64,000 bases of DNA from an uncultured Pseudomonadales bacterium (GTDB lineage Bacteria > Patescibacteriota > Microgenomatia > UBA1400 > PJMF01), in assembly GCA_964491115.1 (NCBI GenBank), contig CAZBEW010000001.1:62936-126935 (forward strand), written 5' to 3'. The position numbers and the translations under genes were made by a program. Shown here one piece after another: positions 9,389 to 18,941 of the stretch. The notes under the pieces are model-generated. The model had not been told where the DNA came from, did no database searches, and was given only the letters and a program-made list of their open reading frames with translations. Each line of letters starts with the position of its first letter. Position 1 is the stretch's first letter.

Positions 9389-11035
9389 TTATATCAAAAC
9401 ATCTTTTGCTGTTTCCAGCAAATCGTTTTTACTTGTTTCTCTAGCTTTGCTTAAAACAAAATTAAATTGAATTTTTTCTCCTAATAATTGTTGACAACTT
9501 TGATCGAGTACATTCTGATATTTTTGTTGTTCGAGTTGCTCTTTATGAAAGTCATAAAAAACTAATATTTTAGCGGTATTATCAATCACTTCTTCTAAAC
9601 GACAGGACTTTAATAAGGCCGACAAAGAAAAATTTTCTTTAGCAACAAGATTCAATAATTTTTGCCACCACTCTATGGGTAAAACATTAGACAATGAATT
9701 GTTTTCACTTCGTGTTGATTCTTGCTGGGTTTGTTCTTGCTGACTTGCTTGCTGCTGGGTTGATTGTTGCTGGGTTGATTGCTGCTGGGTTGATTGCTGC
9801 TCCGTGTTATCTTTAAAATCAGGTGCTGCTGGATTTTCTTTAAGATCAGCTACTACTGAGTTAATTGGGATTTTTTTTTTGCTTGCTGCTGGAGTTGGCG
9901 AGGAATTAAACTCTTTAATTTTTCCCTGATCTGTATTGCCTTGCTTTTTATTCTGAACATTAGACCGATCAATGATATCCAAAAAACTTAATTCCAAGGC
10001 TAAAAAGGCAATTGGTAATTCTTCATGCAAGTTGCACATGGAAAATTCTTTTAACAAAAACCTATCAATTTTTGCTTCAGCAAAAGCCTCGCCCTTTTTA
10101 ACACCCAAATTGATTAATAAATCATCGTGCAAAAATTCTAACAAATCTTTATAAAAATCTTTTTGTTGCAAGTTTTTGTTACGCAATTCTTCAAAAATTT
10201 GACTAATTTTTTTGGCCTCTTTAGCTAATAATAAGTTTAGTAATTCTTTAATATAAACAAGGTTGTCTTGGCCCAAATAATGAGCAATACTGCTCATCTT
10301 TAATTCTCCAGTCTGACAGGCTAATTCAAGAATTTTTACTGCATCACGAAAACTACCATCAGCTCGTTTGGCAATGGCTAATAAATCTTCTTCTTTATAT
10401 TTAATTTTTTCGCTAGCTAGAACTCTTTTTAGTGACTCGACAATTTCTTCTTGGCTGGCTTTTTGAAAATTTATAACGGTACATCGGGAAATTATGGTAG
10501 CTGGCAGTTTTTGCAGTTCAGTGGTGGCTAAAATAAAAACCACGTGTGGCGGTGGTTCTTCAAGCATCTTCAAAAAAGCATTGAAGGCCTCAGTGGTTAA
10601 CATGTGCACTTCGTCTAAAATGTAGACGGCCATTTTTGCCCCCTGCGGAGGAAGCACAATTCGTTCTTTAAGTAGGCGAATATCATCAATGCCACGATTG
10701 CTGGCAGCATCAAGCTCATTCACTAAAAATGATTGACCCTCATAAACTTTTTTAGCTAGTGCTGAATCTGGATCTGGTTCTTGAAAAGCTTTGGTTTTTT
10801 TATTTTTAGACTCTTGGCCAAAGTAAACTTGATCCACTAAAGCTTCATTTTTTTTATCGTTGAGTAAGAGCGCTAAAATTCTTGATGCAGAAGTTTTACC
10901 AGTGCCTTTCGGCCCAGCAAAGATTAATGATTGAGGAATTTTTCCAGCCTCCATCATTGCTTTGATACTATTTCTGACCTGTTTTATATCTAGTTCTTCA
11001 ATAGTTTTTGGACGATATTGACGATGCCAAGCCAT
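9389..11035 (-). CDS. dnaX: DNA polymerase III subunit gamma/tau
   Basis: YRPKT, GPKGTGKTS, ELDAASNRGIDDIR, ILDEVHML, FILATTE, TIISRC. Confidence 0.97.
   Translation of the reverse strand: MAWHRQYRPKTIEELDIKQVRNSIKAMMEAGKIPQSLIFAGPKGTGKTSASRILALLLNDKKNEALVDQVYFGQESKNKKTKAFQEPDPDSALAKKVYEGQSFLVNELDAASNRGIDDIRLLKERIVLPPQGAKMAVYILDEVHMLTTEAFNAFLKMLEEPPPHVVFILATTELQKLPATIISRCTVINFQKASQEEIVESLKRVLASEKIKYKEEDLLAIAKRADGSFRDAVKILELACQTGELKMSSIAHYLGQDNLVYIKELLNLLLAKEAKKISQIFEELRNKNLQQKDFYKDLLEFLHDDLLINLGVKKGEAFAEAKIDRFLLKEFSMCNLHEELPIAFLALELSFLDIIDRSNVQNKKQGNTDQGKIKEFNSSPTPAASKKKIPINSVVADLKENPAAPDFKDNTEQQSTQQQSTQQQSTQQQASQQEQTQQESTRSENNSLSNVLPIEWWQKLLNLVAKENFSLSALLKSCRLEEVIDNTAKILVFYDFHKEQLEQQKYQNVLDQSCQQLLGEKIQFNFVLSKARETSKNDLLETAKDVLI
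9715..9801. repeat. 15-bp tandem repeat in the dnaX linker (QQSTQ)n
   Basis: tg(c/t)tgctgggttgat x3 near-perfect (9750-9794) plus degenerate flanking units. Confidence 0.85.
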
Positions 11036-11062
11036 ATTTATTCAGTGTAACACATTAAAAAA

Positions 11063-11458
11063 TTAATGGTCATCGTGATGATAACCTAATAAATGAAATA
11101 AGCCGTGTTCTAAATAAAAATTTATTTGGTCGTCGACTAGCCGACCAAAACGTCGTGCAGTTTTGACTGCTTCTGGAAAACTAATAACAATATCACCTAA
11201 ATGAGGAGCTAATTCTTTGGGCAGAGGTAAGTCATTAATTTGACCCTTGTCGTGCTGTGGAAATGATAAAACATCAGTGACACCAAAGTGTCCAAGTTTT
11301 GATTCATTAAGTTCTTTTATTTTTCGACTACCAACTATGGAAATATCAACTTGAGCATGATCAATCCCTCGTTCGCTTAAAACGCGCTTGACGGTTGCCC
11401 GTAATTGTCTTCGCTTAACCGGATAACGAGAACCAATATATAAATTACAAATAATCAT
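11063..11458 (-). CDS. ybeY: rRNA maturation endoribonuclease YbeY
   Basis: TDVLSFP, LGDIVIS, HGLFHLLGYHH. Confidence 0.95.
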   Translation of the reverse strand: MIICNLYIGSRYPVKRRQLRATVKRVLSERGIDHAQVDISIVGSRKIKELNESKLGHFGVTDVLSFPQHDKGQINDLPLPKELAPHLGDIVISFPEAVKTARRFGRLVDDQINFYLEHGLFHLLGYHHDDH

Positions 11459-11467
11459 AATTATTCT

Positions 11468-12289
11468 TTAATGAGCCATTAAGGCTTCTAAACTGATATC
11501 AAGAGGTCCTAAAGGAATTTGATCTTCTGGATCGTCCACAAAAAGCAAAAATACTCGACCTCGAGTGTTATTAGACCAAACTTTTCCCTCTCTAATTACT
11601 TCTGGTGATCCACCAAATTGTTTTTGCACCCAGGCAGCTGGACCAGCATCAGCTATTACCCCAACCACAGCCATTTGTTCACTCGGGTTAATCATAATCA
11701 TTTTACGGTATTTATACCAGGGTTTTAGTTCCGGATAATCTTGATTCCAATTGGGTAAATACATTAATTGCACCGCAAAATAATATTTTTCTCTTAAAAT
11801 CGCTTCTTGAGTGAGTTCACCCGCTTCTGTGAACCAAGAAAAGGCTCCTCGATTACTTGCTAAACCAGCCTCTCGATAAGCATCATGCTGATCAAGACTG
11901 TCGCCAGGATAACGCATTAGATGTTGTTCGGCTCCCATAATGCCAATACTATGATTTAGTTTTTTTCCTTCAAGCTCATGACGCACATCAAAACCTAAAA
12001 TTAGGCTTAATTGTTGTTCTAAATATAGCTGGGTTTCCGTTTCCAAGTGTCCAGCTGGCCCATTAACAAAAGAAGTTAATTTAGCCATAATTTCTTGATA
12101 TTCGGTGGCTGATAAATCAAAAGCTAAATCTTTGTCTTTTTCTTGCCCAGTTTTAGCGTAAATGGCTTTATCAAGCACCAACTCATTGCGCATCTGAGGA
12201 TTCATCATGGCCATCTGTCCCGCAACAGCTAAACCTGCCACCAGTTGTTGAGAGCCATTTTTAAAGGCTGTTGTCTTCTGTTTTTTCAT
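11468..12289 (-). CDS. conserved hypothetical protein with possible C-terminal double-psi beta-barrel (RlpA/expansin-like)
   Basis: 273 aa; YRKMIMINP...VVGVIADAGP...FGGSPEV resembles the V.DxGP core of DPBB domains. Confidence 0.6.
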   Translation of the reverse strand: MKKQKTTAFKNGSQQLVAGLAVAGQMAMMNPQMRNELVLDKAIYAKTGQEKDKDLAFDLSATEYQEIMAKLTSFVNGPAGHLETETQLYLEQQLSLILGFDVRHELEGKKLNHSIGIMGAEQHLMRYPGDSLDQHDAYREAGLASNRGAFSWFTEAGELTQEAILREKYYFAVQLMYLPNWNQDYPELKPWYKYRKMIMINPSEQMAVVGVIADAGPAAWVQKQFGGSPEVIREGKVWSNNTRGRVFLLFVDDPEDQIPLGPLDISLEALMAH

Positions 12290-13745
12290 GATTTCTAATT
12301 TTTTTAGCCGCCAAATCCAATCTTTGGCTAGCTAACTCTCGACCCAGTGCGCTAATTGTTTCAAATAAGGGCGGAGTGGCTGTTTTTCCAGTCATGGCTA
12401 TGCGCAACATCATAAAATATTGAGCTTTTTGCCAAGCTTGTTTTTCTTGAAGAATTCTAATCTCTTTTTCGAGTTCCAATGTTGTGAAGTCAGTTAAAGA
12501 TTGAAAAATATTTTTAGTTAATTGAATTTGCTCTAAGACTAAATCTTCTTGATTTTCAGCTTTTTTGAGTAAGAGTGTTGGAGAATAATCAATCTCCTTG
12601 TAAAAGAAATCTGTTAATTCAGAAAAGTCAGCTAAAGTCACTAAGCGCTCATAAACTAAATCTAAAATTTGATCTAATTTATCTAGAGGAAATTCTGTTG
12701 GAATAAAGCTTTTTAAGCGCTTTTTTAATTCTTCTCGAGACAAGTTACGAATATAAATCCCGTTTAACCAGTCGAGTTTATGAGTGTCGAAAATAACTGA
12801 GTTCATGCTCAAGTCTGCAGGATCAAATTCTTGAATATATTCCTCTAAAGACATAATTTCTTTTTGATCTTTGGCTGCCCAACCCAAAATCATCAAAAAA
12901 TTAAGTACCGCCTCTGGTAAATAGCCTTTATCCAAAAATGATTGTGCTGAAACCGTGCCCTTTCTTTTACTCATCTTGCCTTTGCCATCGGGATTTAAGA
13001 AAAGCGGAAAATGAGCAAAAATTGGTTGAGACCAATTAAAAGCACGATACAATAAAATATGTTTAGGCGTGGAACTAATCCACTCTTCACCACGCATCAC
13101 ATGAGTAATTTTCATTAAATGATCATCTACAACTACAGCCAGGTGGTAGGTTGGATATCCGTCTGATTTCAATAAAACCTGATCATCAACTTGATTTGAA
13201 TTAAAAGTGATTTTGCCACGAAGCAAATCTATAAAACTAATTTCTTGATTTTCCGGCACTTTTAAACGAATCACGTAATTTTCTCCAGCTGCTAAACGTT
13301 TTTCTACCTCTGCTTGATCTAAATGGCGACAATGTCCATCATAGCGAGGAGGCTGATGTGAGGCTTGTTGTTGCTGACGAACTTCATCTAAACGCTCTTT
13401 TGAACAAAAACAATAATAAGCCTGACCATTTGCTACTAATTCTTTGGCTTTCTCTTGATAAATTTCAAGTCTTTGAGATTGAATATAAGGACCGCATGCT
13501 CCATCCTTACCAGGCCCCTCATCCCAATCCAAACCATATTGCTTAATTATTGATTGAATTTTATTAACTCCATCTGCAACCTCTCTAACTTTATCAGTGT
13601 CTTCAATCCTCAAAATAAATTGTCCCTGATGTCTTTTAGCAAAAGCATAATTTTTTAATAAAGTTGCCATGCTGGCCACATGCATATCACCGGTAGGACT
13701 AGGTGCCATTCTGGTTCGAATTGGCGTTTGATCACTTTGCATCAT
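12261..13745 (-). CDS. gltX: glutamate--tRNA ligase
   Basis: RTRMAPSPTG, LRIEDTD, THVMRGEEW, KMSKR. Confidence 0.97.
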   Translation of the reverse strand: MMQSDQTPIRTRMAPSPTGDMHVASMATLLKNYAFAKRHQGQFILRIEDTDKVREVADGVNKIQSIIKQYGLDWDEGPGKDGACGPYIQSQRLEIYQEKAKELVANGQAYYCFCSKERLDEVRQQQQASHQPPRYDGHCRHLDQAEVEKRLAAGENYVIRLKVPENQEISFIDLLRGKITFNSNQVDDQVLLKSDGYPTYHLAVVVDDHLMKITHVMRGEEWISSTPKHILLYRAFNWSQPIFAHFPLFLNPDGKGKMSKRKGTVSAQSFLDKGYLPEAVLNFLMILGWAAKDQKEIMSLEEYIQEFDPADLSMNSVIFDTHKLDWLNGIYIRNLSREELKKRLKSFIPTEFPLDKLDQILDLVYERLVTLADFSELTDFFYKEIDYSPTLLLKKAENQEDLVLEQIQLTKNIFQSLTDFTTLELEKEIRILQEKQAWQKAQYFMMLRIAMTGKTATPPLFETISALGRELASQRLDLAAKKIRNHEKTEDNSL

Positions 13746-14848
13746 TATTCTTTCTGAAGATAATTGGGATGAATGGCACTAACATAGGCCAAAAAGTTGT
13801 TGTCCCCTTTAAATACATAGATTGGTTGGAGATAAGCCTGATATTGAAAGTCATCATAGTAGGCTAATTCAACACTGCGCACTACCACCCGATCTAAATC
13901 CTGCCCGCCAACTACATAAGCTTCTCCAGCTTGGACCATATTCCAAGCTGACTTAATTCCTCTTAAAGGATATGTTTCAAAAGTTGAATAATCGACTTCG
14001 TGGTAAAAATAGTCCATTTCTACAACAGAAGTACTTCCAGAAACAGCCCCGCTGATGATGGCAGAAACAACACCCTTTTCTCCCTCAGGAGTGTATAGTG
14101 GATACAAATCGTCAACGGGAATCCGATTTAGATCAACTTGCACAAAATCTGCTTCAGATAAAGACAGAGCTGGATTAAGTTCTCCACCAAGGGATTTATG
14201 ATAATTAATTGTGCCTGCACTGGTTGCTACATCGACCGGCATTAAACCACCGCTCGTTAAAAACTGTTTAACGACGTTAACCGCCTCAAATTCCTCTGGT
14301 AAATTGCGCTTTTGCTCACTAATTAATAATTCTGGTTTTGCCAAATAATTACTGTTGATTGAAAAATTTAAGAAATTAGAGTCAATTTCCAAACTCATGT
14401 CTAAAGGTTGGGTTTTAGTAAAACGATAAAGATCTCCCGCAAGCATTTCTGGAGCAAAGATAAAACCATATTTAGCAGCTATTTCTTTAACTTTTTGATC
14501 GGTTAATAGGCTGACAGATGGTTTGGGCATAAAATAGACTTTTAGTTGATCAACTGAATCAGTTAAAGTGCCAGCTATTTCTAAAATATATTCGTCGGGT
14601 TTATCGTCCTCATCCTGGGTTGGAAAATCAAGTTTAGGTAAAATACCAAAGGCAACTGTTGGTGGTGGAGGGCCAGGAGGATGAGTTCTTGTCCAATAAG
14701 CAACAAAAGAATTCCACAGAACTCGGCCAACCATTAATACTACTATCCCTATCAATAGAAATTTCAGTCCCACCCGACTAAAATAATTAATATTAGTTAG
14801 GGTTGGTTCCATGCTCGTTTTATTTTTATTAGTGACTGAATTATTCAT
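13745..14848 (-). CDS. hypothetical membrane-anchored extracellular protein
   Basis: 367 aa; single TM followed by PPGPPPPTVAFGILP; YLQPIYVF C-terminal motif. Confidence 0.8.
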   Translation of the reverse strand: MNNSVTNKNKTSMEPTLTNINYFSRVGLKFLLIGIVVLMVGRVLWNSFVAYWTRTHPPGPPPPTVAFGILPKLDFPTQDEDDKPDEYILEIAGTLTDSVDQLKVYFMPKPSVSLLTDQKVKEIAAKYGFIFAPEMLAGDLYRFTKTQPLDMSLEIDSNFLNFSINSNYLAKPELLISEQKRNLPEEFEAVNVVKQFLTSGGLMPVDVATSAGTINYHKSLGGELNPALSLSEADFVQVDLNRIPVDDLYPLYTPEGEKGVVSAIISGAVSGSTSVVEMDYFYHEVDYSTFETYPLRGIKSAWNMVQAGEAYVVGGQDLDRVVVRSVELAYYDDFQYQAYLQPIYVFKGDNNFLAYVSAIHPNYLQKE

Positions 14849-14896
14849 ATAAATCTATTTATTAGTATAATGGCTTGTTCCAGACTATTCAAGTTC

Positions 14897-15862
14897 TTAA
14901 AAATTAATGTTGATGATGCTTTCGTTCGGATTAATAAATTGATAAGTATTAAAAATCCAGGCTAATAATTTTTGTGTATCAGCATAACGATCTTGGCTAT
15001 TCATTAAACTAATCAAAATTTCTCGTCCATCACGCTCTATCAGCGTCACTAAGACTTGGCCAGCCCAATCAGTGGTGCCAGTTTTAACACCTTTAACGCC
15101 CATTAAACTGCCTAAGAGCTGATTGGTATTAAATAATTGATAAGCGCTAGTCACTTGCTTTAAATTTTCTTGATGTGAAGCGTTTATTTCTAAATATGGT
15201 GTAGCCACTAACTCTCTTAGCAAATCATTTTTTAACAACTCTCTAGCTAAAATATTTAAATCTCGAGCAGAACTTAACTGTTGGAGTTCGTCCAAGCCAG
15301 CTGGATTAGAAAAAACGCTATCCTGTAAATTTAACTCTTCTGCCTTGTCATTCATTGCTAGTACAAAAGCTTCTAAGCCACCAGGATAATTATTGGCCAA
15401 AACATAAGCAGAGTCGTTGGCCGAAGCCAATAATAAAGCAGCTAATAAATCTTTAACTGTCACTTGCTCACCATTGACTAGGTTAAGTTTATTGCCAATA
15501 ACTTGATTTTCTCCATTAACCACTAGTAGTTCTTCTAATTGATAATGCTCAATAGCAACAAGAGCTGTTAACATTTTTGTGGTAGATGCCGGATAAAGCT
15601 TGAGTTGTGAATCTTTTTCATAGAGTAAAGTCCCAGTTGTTAAATCAAAAGCATAGGCGCTTTGGGCGCTGAGATCTAAATTTTTCCAGAGAAATTCTTG
15701 ATTAATATCGGGATTTTTATAAACAGGCAATAAATTTAGCGGTCGTAAATAAACAGCTTGTTTGCTGATGACTTTTACCGGATAAAATATTAAGAATAAA
15801 GTCAACAATAGAGATAAAGCAATTAAACACAATAAAACACTTCGCCAAGATAAATTCTTCAC
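14897..15862 (-). CDS. D-alanyl-D-alanine carboxypeptidase (peptidase S11)
   Basis: PASTTK (SxxK), SAND (SxN), KTG triad; N-terminal TM. Confidence 0.93.
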   Translation of the reverse strand: MKNLSWRSVLLCLIALSLLLTLFLIFYPVKVISKQAVYLRPLNLLPVYKNPDINQEFLWKNLDLSAQSAYAFDLTTGTLLYEKDSQLKLYPASTTKMLTALVAIEHYQLEELLVVNGENQVIGNKLNLVNGEQVTVKDLLAALLLASANDSAYVLANNYPGGLEAFVLAMNDKAEELNLQDSVFSNPAGLDELQQLSSARDLNILARELLKNDLLRELVATPYLEINASHQENLKQVTSAYQLFNTNQLLGSLMGVKGVKTGTTDWAGQVLVTLIERDGREILISLMNSQDRYADTQKLLAWIFNTYQFINPNESIININF

Positions 15863-15871
15863 TGTTTAATT

Positions 15872-17302
15872 CTAACTCGATTTTTTGTTTGAAGCCACGC
15901 TTAATTTTAATTCTGCCAGCTGTTCATCGCTGACAGCGCTTGGAGCATCCATCACGCTAGTTCGACCACCGGCAGTCATGGGAAAAGCCATTGTTTCTCT
16001 TAAATTGTCTTCACCAGCCATCAACATGAGGAGGCGATCAATCCCAAAAGCAATGCCACCATGGGGAGGCGTCCCCAAAGAAAAAGCTTTTAACATGTGG
16101 CCCACATTTTCCTCAATTTGCTCGTCACTATAACCCATGGTGCGAAAAGTGGCACGCAACACTTCTGCCTGATGAGCCCGCAAGCTACCACCAGCCACTT
16201 CAAAGCCATTACACACTAAATCATATTGGCTAGCAATAATTTTTTCTGTTTGATTACCCTCTAAATGAGCAGCAATGTGTTCCGGAATTGGACTGGAAAA
16301 TGGATTGTGGGTAAAAGTCCAAGCACTTTTACTATCCGAGATTTCGGCACGATCATTTTTATCAACTTTTTTGAAAAAAGGAAAATTAATTACCCAGGCA
16401 AAAGCCAAAACCCCTTCTTTTTTATCTTCTGGACTGCGTAAGTCAAATTTATCTGCCCCAAATTTTGTTAAAGCTTCTTGATAATCAAAAATAGGAAAAT
16501 TTTCATCTTTAATTTTTACGCCTAATTCTTGACAAACCTTAATCACCAAATTTGTTAAAAAATTCATAATTGTTGGCTGATCAACAAAACTCATTTCCAG
16601 ATCTAGTTGGGTAAACTCAAAGCCTCGATCAGCTCGTAAATCTTCATCGCGAATACAGCGAGCTAGTTGAAAATATTTTTCAAATCCTGCAGCCATTAAT
16701 AATTGCTTATATTGTTGTGGACTCTGGGGTAAAGCATAAAATTTTCCAGTCTGAAGTCGAGAAGGAACAATAAAATCTCGTGCCCCTTCTTTGGTTGATT
16801 TAGTCAGCATTGGTGTCTCAATTTCGACAAAATCTTGATCGAGTAATTCTTTTCGAAAAGCATTAATCAATTTCGATTTTAGGCGCAAGTTTTTCTGTAA
16901 ACGACTACGTCTTAAATCTAAATAGCGATATTGCAAGCGTGATTCTTCATTGATGCTTAAGCCATCGTCTTCAATGCTAATCGGCAATTCGCTACTTTTA
17001 TTTAAAATCTGATAATCTTCAACAAATAGTTCAATTTCACCAGTTACTAGTTCGTGATTAATTAATGATTCTGGTCTTTTATTAATTCTGCCAAAAACTT
17101 CGACAACAGATTCAATCGTTAGATCTTTTAATTTATTGTTAATGCCAACACACTGAATTAAGCCGGTTTCATCGCGCAAATCAATAAAAGTTACTTTACC
17201 ATGATCACGTTTATTGGCTACCCAACCAGCTAATTTAACCAGATCGTTAATTTTATCTTTACTACTAATAATGGAGCTACGGCTTAAAGTTGATTTTGAC
17301 AT
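15872..17302 (-). CDS. aspS: aspartate--tRNA ligase, compact form, probably non-discriminating
   Basis: RDHG..FIDLRD, YRYLDLRR, LPQSPQ, RDEDLRADR, PPHGGIAFGIDR; 476 aa, lacks the GAD insertion. Confidence 0.95.
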   Translation of the reverse strand: MSKSTLSRSSIISSKDKINDLVKLAGWVANKRDHGKVTFIDLRDETGLIQCVGINNKLKDLTIESVVEVFGRINKRPESLINHELVTGEIELFVEDYQILNKSSELPISIEDDGLSINEESRLQYRYLDLRRSRLQKNLRLKSKLINAFRKELLDQDFVEIETPMLTKSTKEGARDFIVPSRLQTGKFYALPQSPQQYKQLLMAAGFEKYFQLARCIRDEDLRADRGFEFTQLDLEMSFVDQPTIMNFLTNLVIKVCQELGVKIKDENFPIFDYQEALTKFGADKFDLRSPEDKKEGVLAFAWVINFPFFKKVDKNDRAEISDSKSAWTFTHNPFSSPIPEHIAAHLEGNQTEKIIASQYDLVCNGFEVAGGSLRAHQAEVLRATFRTMGYSDEQIEENVGHMLKAFSLGTPPHGGIAFGIDRLLMLMAGEDNLRETMAFPMTAGGRTSVMDAPSAVSDEQLAELKLSVASNKKSS

Positions 17303-17354
17303 AACTTCTTTATTATAAGGCCAAATTGATACTTTCCTTAATATAATTAAATAA

Positions 17355-18476
17355 TCAGTCTACTTTGCCTAATAATTTTCCTGAACCAGAGCGGTATTCT
17401 TCAATCTGCCTAATTCTTTTTTCCATTTGTTTTTTACGCGTACCGCTGAGAGTATCAAAATTCTTTTGCAAACCCTCAATACTTCTACCAAATTTATGGA
17501 ACTCTTCGTCAAATTTTTTCCACTCTTCACCAAAAGCTTCCACTTGTTTAATCACTTCTTGCATTTTTTTGCCCACCATAAAATTTCGATAACTTTCCAT
17601 CACCGTTCTGGCCACTACTAAAAAACTAAAAGGCGAGCATAAAATAACTTTTTTAGCTAAAGCCTCATCAATAATTTCTGGTAATTTTTGATTAATAAAA
17701 GAGAAAATCATTTCATTAGGCACAAATAGAATCGCATAATCCAAAGTATCTCTTTCTGGCGAAATATACTCCGCGACTTTATCAATTTTTATTTTTAAAT
17801 CCCTGGCAAATTGTTGCAAATGACTCTTTTTTTCTTCTTTACTTTCAGCATTAGACATCTTTTGAATTTCTTGATAAGGAAATTTCACATCAACCGGCAC
17901 ATTGCGATTATCGGGCAAAAGTAAGGTAATGTCGGGTATTAAACTGGCATTTTCTTGTTTACTTTGGCGCAAATAATGAACTCCTTCTTGTAAGCCATTA
18001 GCTTGCAACAAATCTTCAATAATTTTTTCTCCCCAGGCGCCTCGCGTTTGATTATTGTCTAATACTTGAGCCAATTTTTCCGTAGACACTTTTAGATCTT
18101 TCGTCAGCAAGCGATGATCCTCAATCGCTGTGGTCATTCTGCCAATTTTATCAATTTGTTGTTTCTCGATTTCTCTAATTTCTATTTGTCTTTGGTTTAA
18201 ATCTTCTTGAATTTTTTTTACTAATTTTTCGATAGTTGCTTGTTTATTAGCCAAATCTGTTTTTAATAAGTCTTGCTCACTTTGCAAAATACTCTTACTT
18301 TGTAGGGCAATCTTATTGGCAGTCATACCAAAAACTTTATTCACAGCAGATTCTAATTTTTCATCAATAATTTTCTCTTCTTCAGCCGCAGTTTTTTGTT
18401 TTTTCAATAAGAAAAATAACAGAAAGGATACTAATAAAATTAGTAAAATTAAAGAAATTACAATAACAAGATTCAT
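17355..18476 (-). CDS. rmuC: DNA recombination protein RmuC
   Basis: RGAWGE, PD..L.LP, VDVKFP, ILFVPNE; start moved to MNLVIV (ATG 18476) behind TATACT. Confidence 0.92.
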   Translation of the reverse strand: MNLVIVISLILLILLVSFLLFFLLKKQKTAAEEEKIIDEKLESAVNKVFGMTANKIALQSKSILQSEQDLLKTDLANKQATIEKLVKKIQEDLNQRQIEIREIEKQQIDKIGRMTTAIEDHRLLTKDLKVSTEKLAQVLDNNQTRGAWGEKIIEDLLQANGLQEGVHYLRQSKQENASLIPDITLLLPDNRNVPVDVKFPYQEIQKMSNAESKEEKKSHLQQFARDLKIKIDKVAEYISPERDTLDYAILFVPNEMIFSFINQKLPEIIDEALAKKVILCSPFSFLVVARTVMESYRNFMVGKKMQEVIKQVEAFGEEWKKFDEEFHKFGRSIEGLQKNFDTLSGTRKKQMEKRIRQIEEYRSGSGKLLGKVD

Positions 18477-18484
18477 ATTCTTTA

Positions 18485-18492
18485 AGTATACT
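18485..18492. promoter_or_regulatory. palindromic bidirectional -10 element AGTATACT
   Basis: Gives TATACT on both strands, 8 nt before the rmuC ATG and 6 nt before the ATG at 18499. Confidence 0.6.
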
Positions 18493-18498
18493 AGAAGT

Positions 18499-18930
18499 AT
18501 GGAAAGCACCCAAGCTGTAAATATTGTTCGAGGACGTTCGCGTTTACAAAAAAGACCTCCTCTTCAAATTCCAACTAATCAAACGCAAGCCAATCCCAAA
18601 AAAAGATTTTTACGTGATCTTTTCCTAGGGCTTTTTTTTCTTATCTTGTTGGCTTTATTAATGTTTTATGCTGCCCCCGCTGATATCGCTAATTTATTAC
18701 TTTTTAATTCATACTTAGTGTTTTTAACTTTGTTTTTTTTAACTGGCTTTTTTTTATTAAAGTTTATATTAATCAAGACAAAACTAGCCTTTTGCATCAC
18801 TCTTAATTTAACTTTGCTTATTTTTTTTAAATTGCAAAACTTAACCTTTAATTATTATATATTTATTATTTTAGGCCTAACGTCGCTAATCTGCTTGGTT
18901 TTACACCAAGTCGAGAAAAGACTGTTATAA
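18499..18930 (+). CDS. hypothetical membrane protein
   Basis: Start moved to MESTQ to remove the overlap with rmuC; about 4 hydrophobic helices. Confidence 0.7.
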   Translation: MESTQAVNIVRGRSRLQKRPPLQIPTNQTQANPKKRFLRDLFLGLFFLILLALLMFYAAPADIANLLLFNSYLVFLTLFFLTGFFLLKFILIKTKLAFCITLNLTLLIFFKLQNLTFNYYIFIILGLTSLICLVLHQVEKRLL

Positions 18931-18941
18931 TAAGAAGCTTT

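Noticed and set aside
18316-18509. Apparent head-to-head overlap of rmuC and the + strand ORF (likewise maf/galU at 27389-27510)
   Set aside because: Artefact of longest-ORF starts; downstream ATGs remove the overlaps
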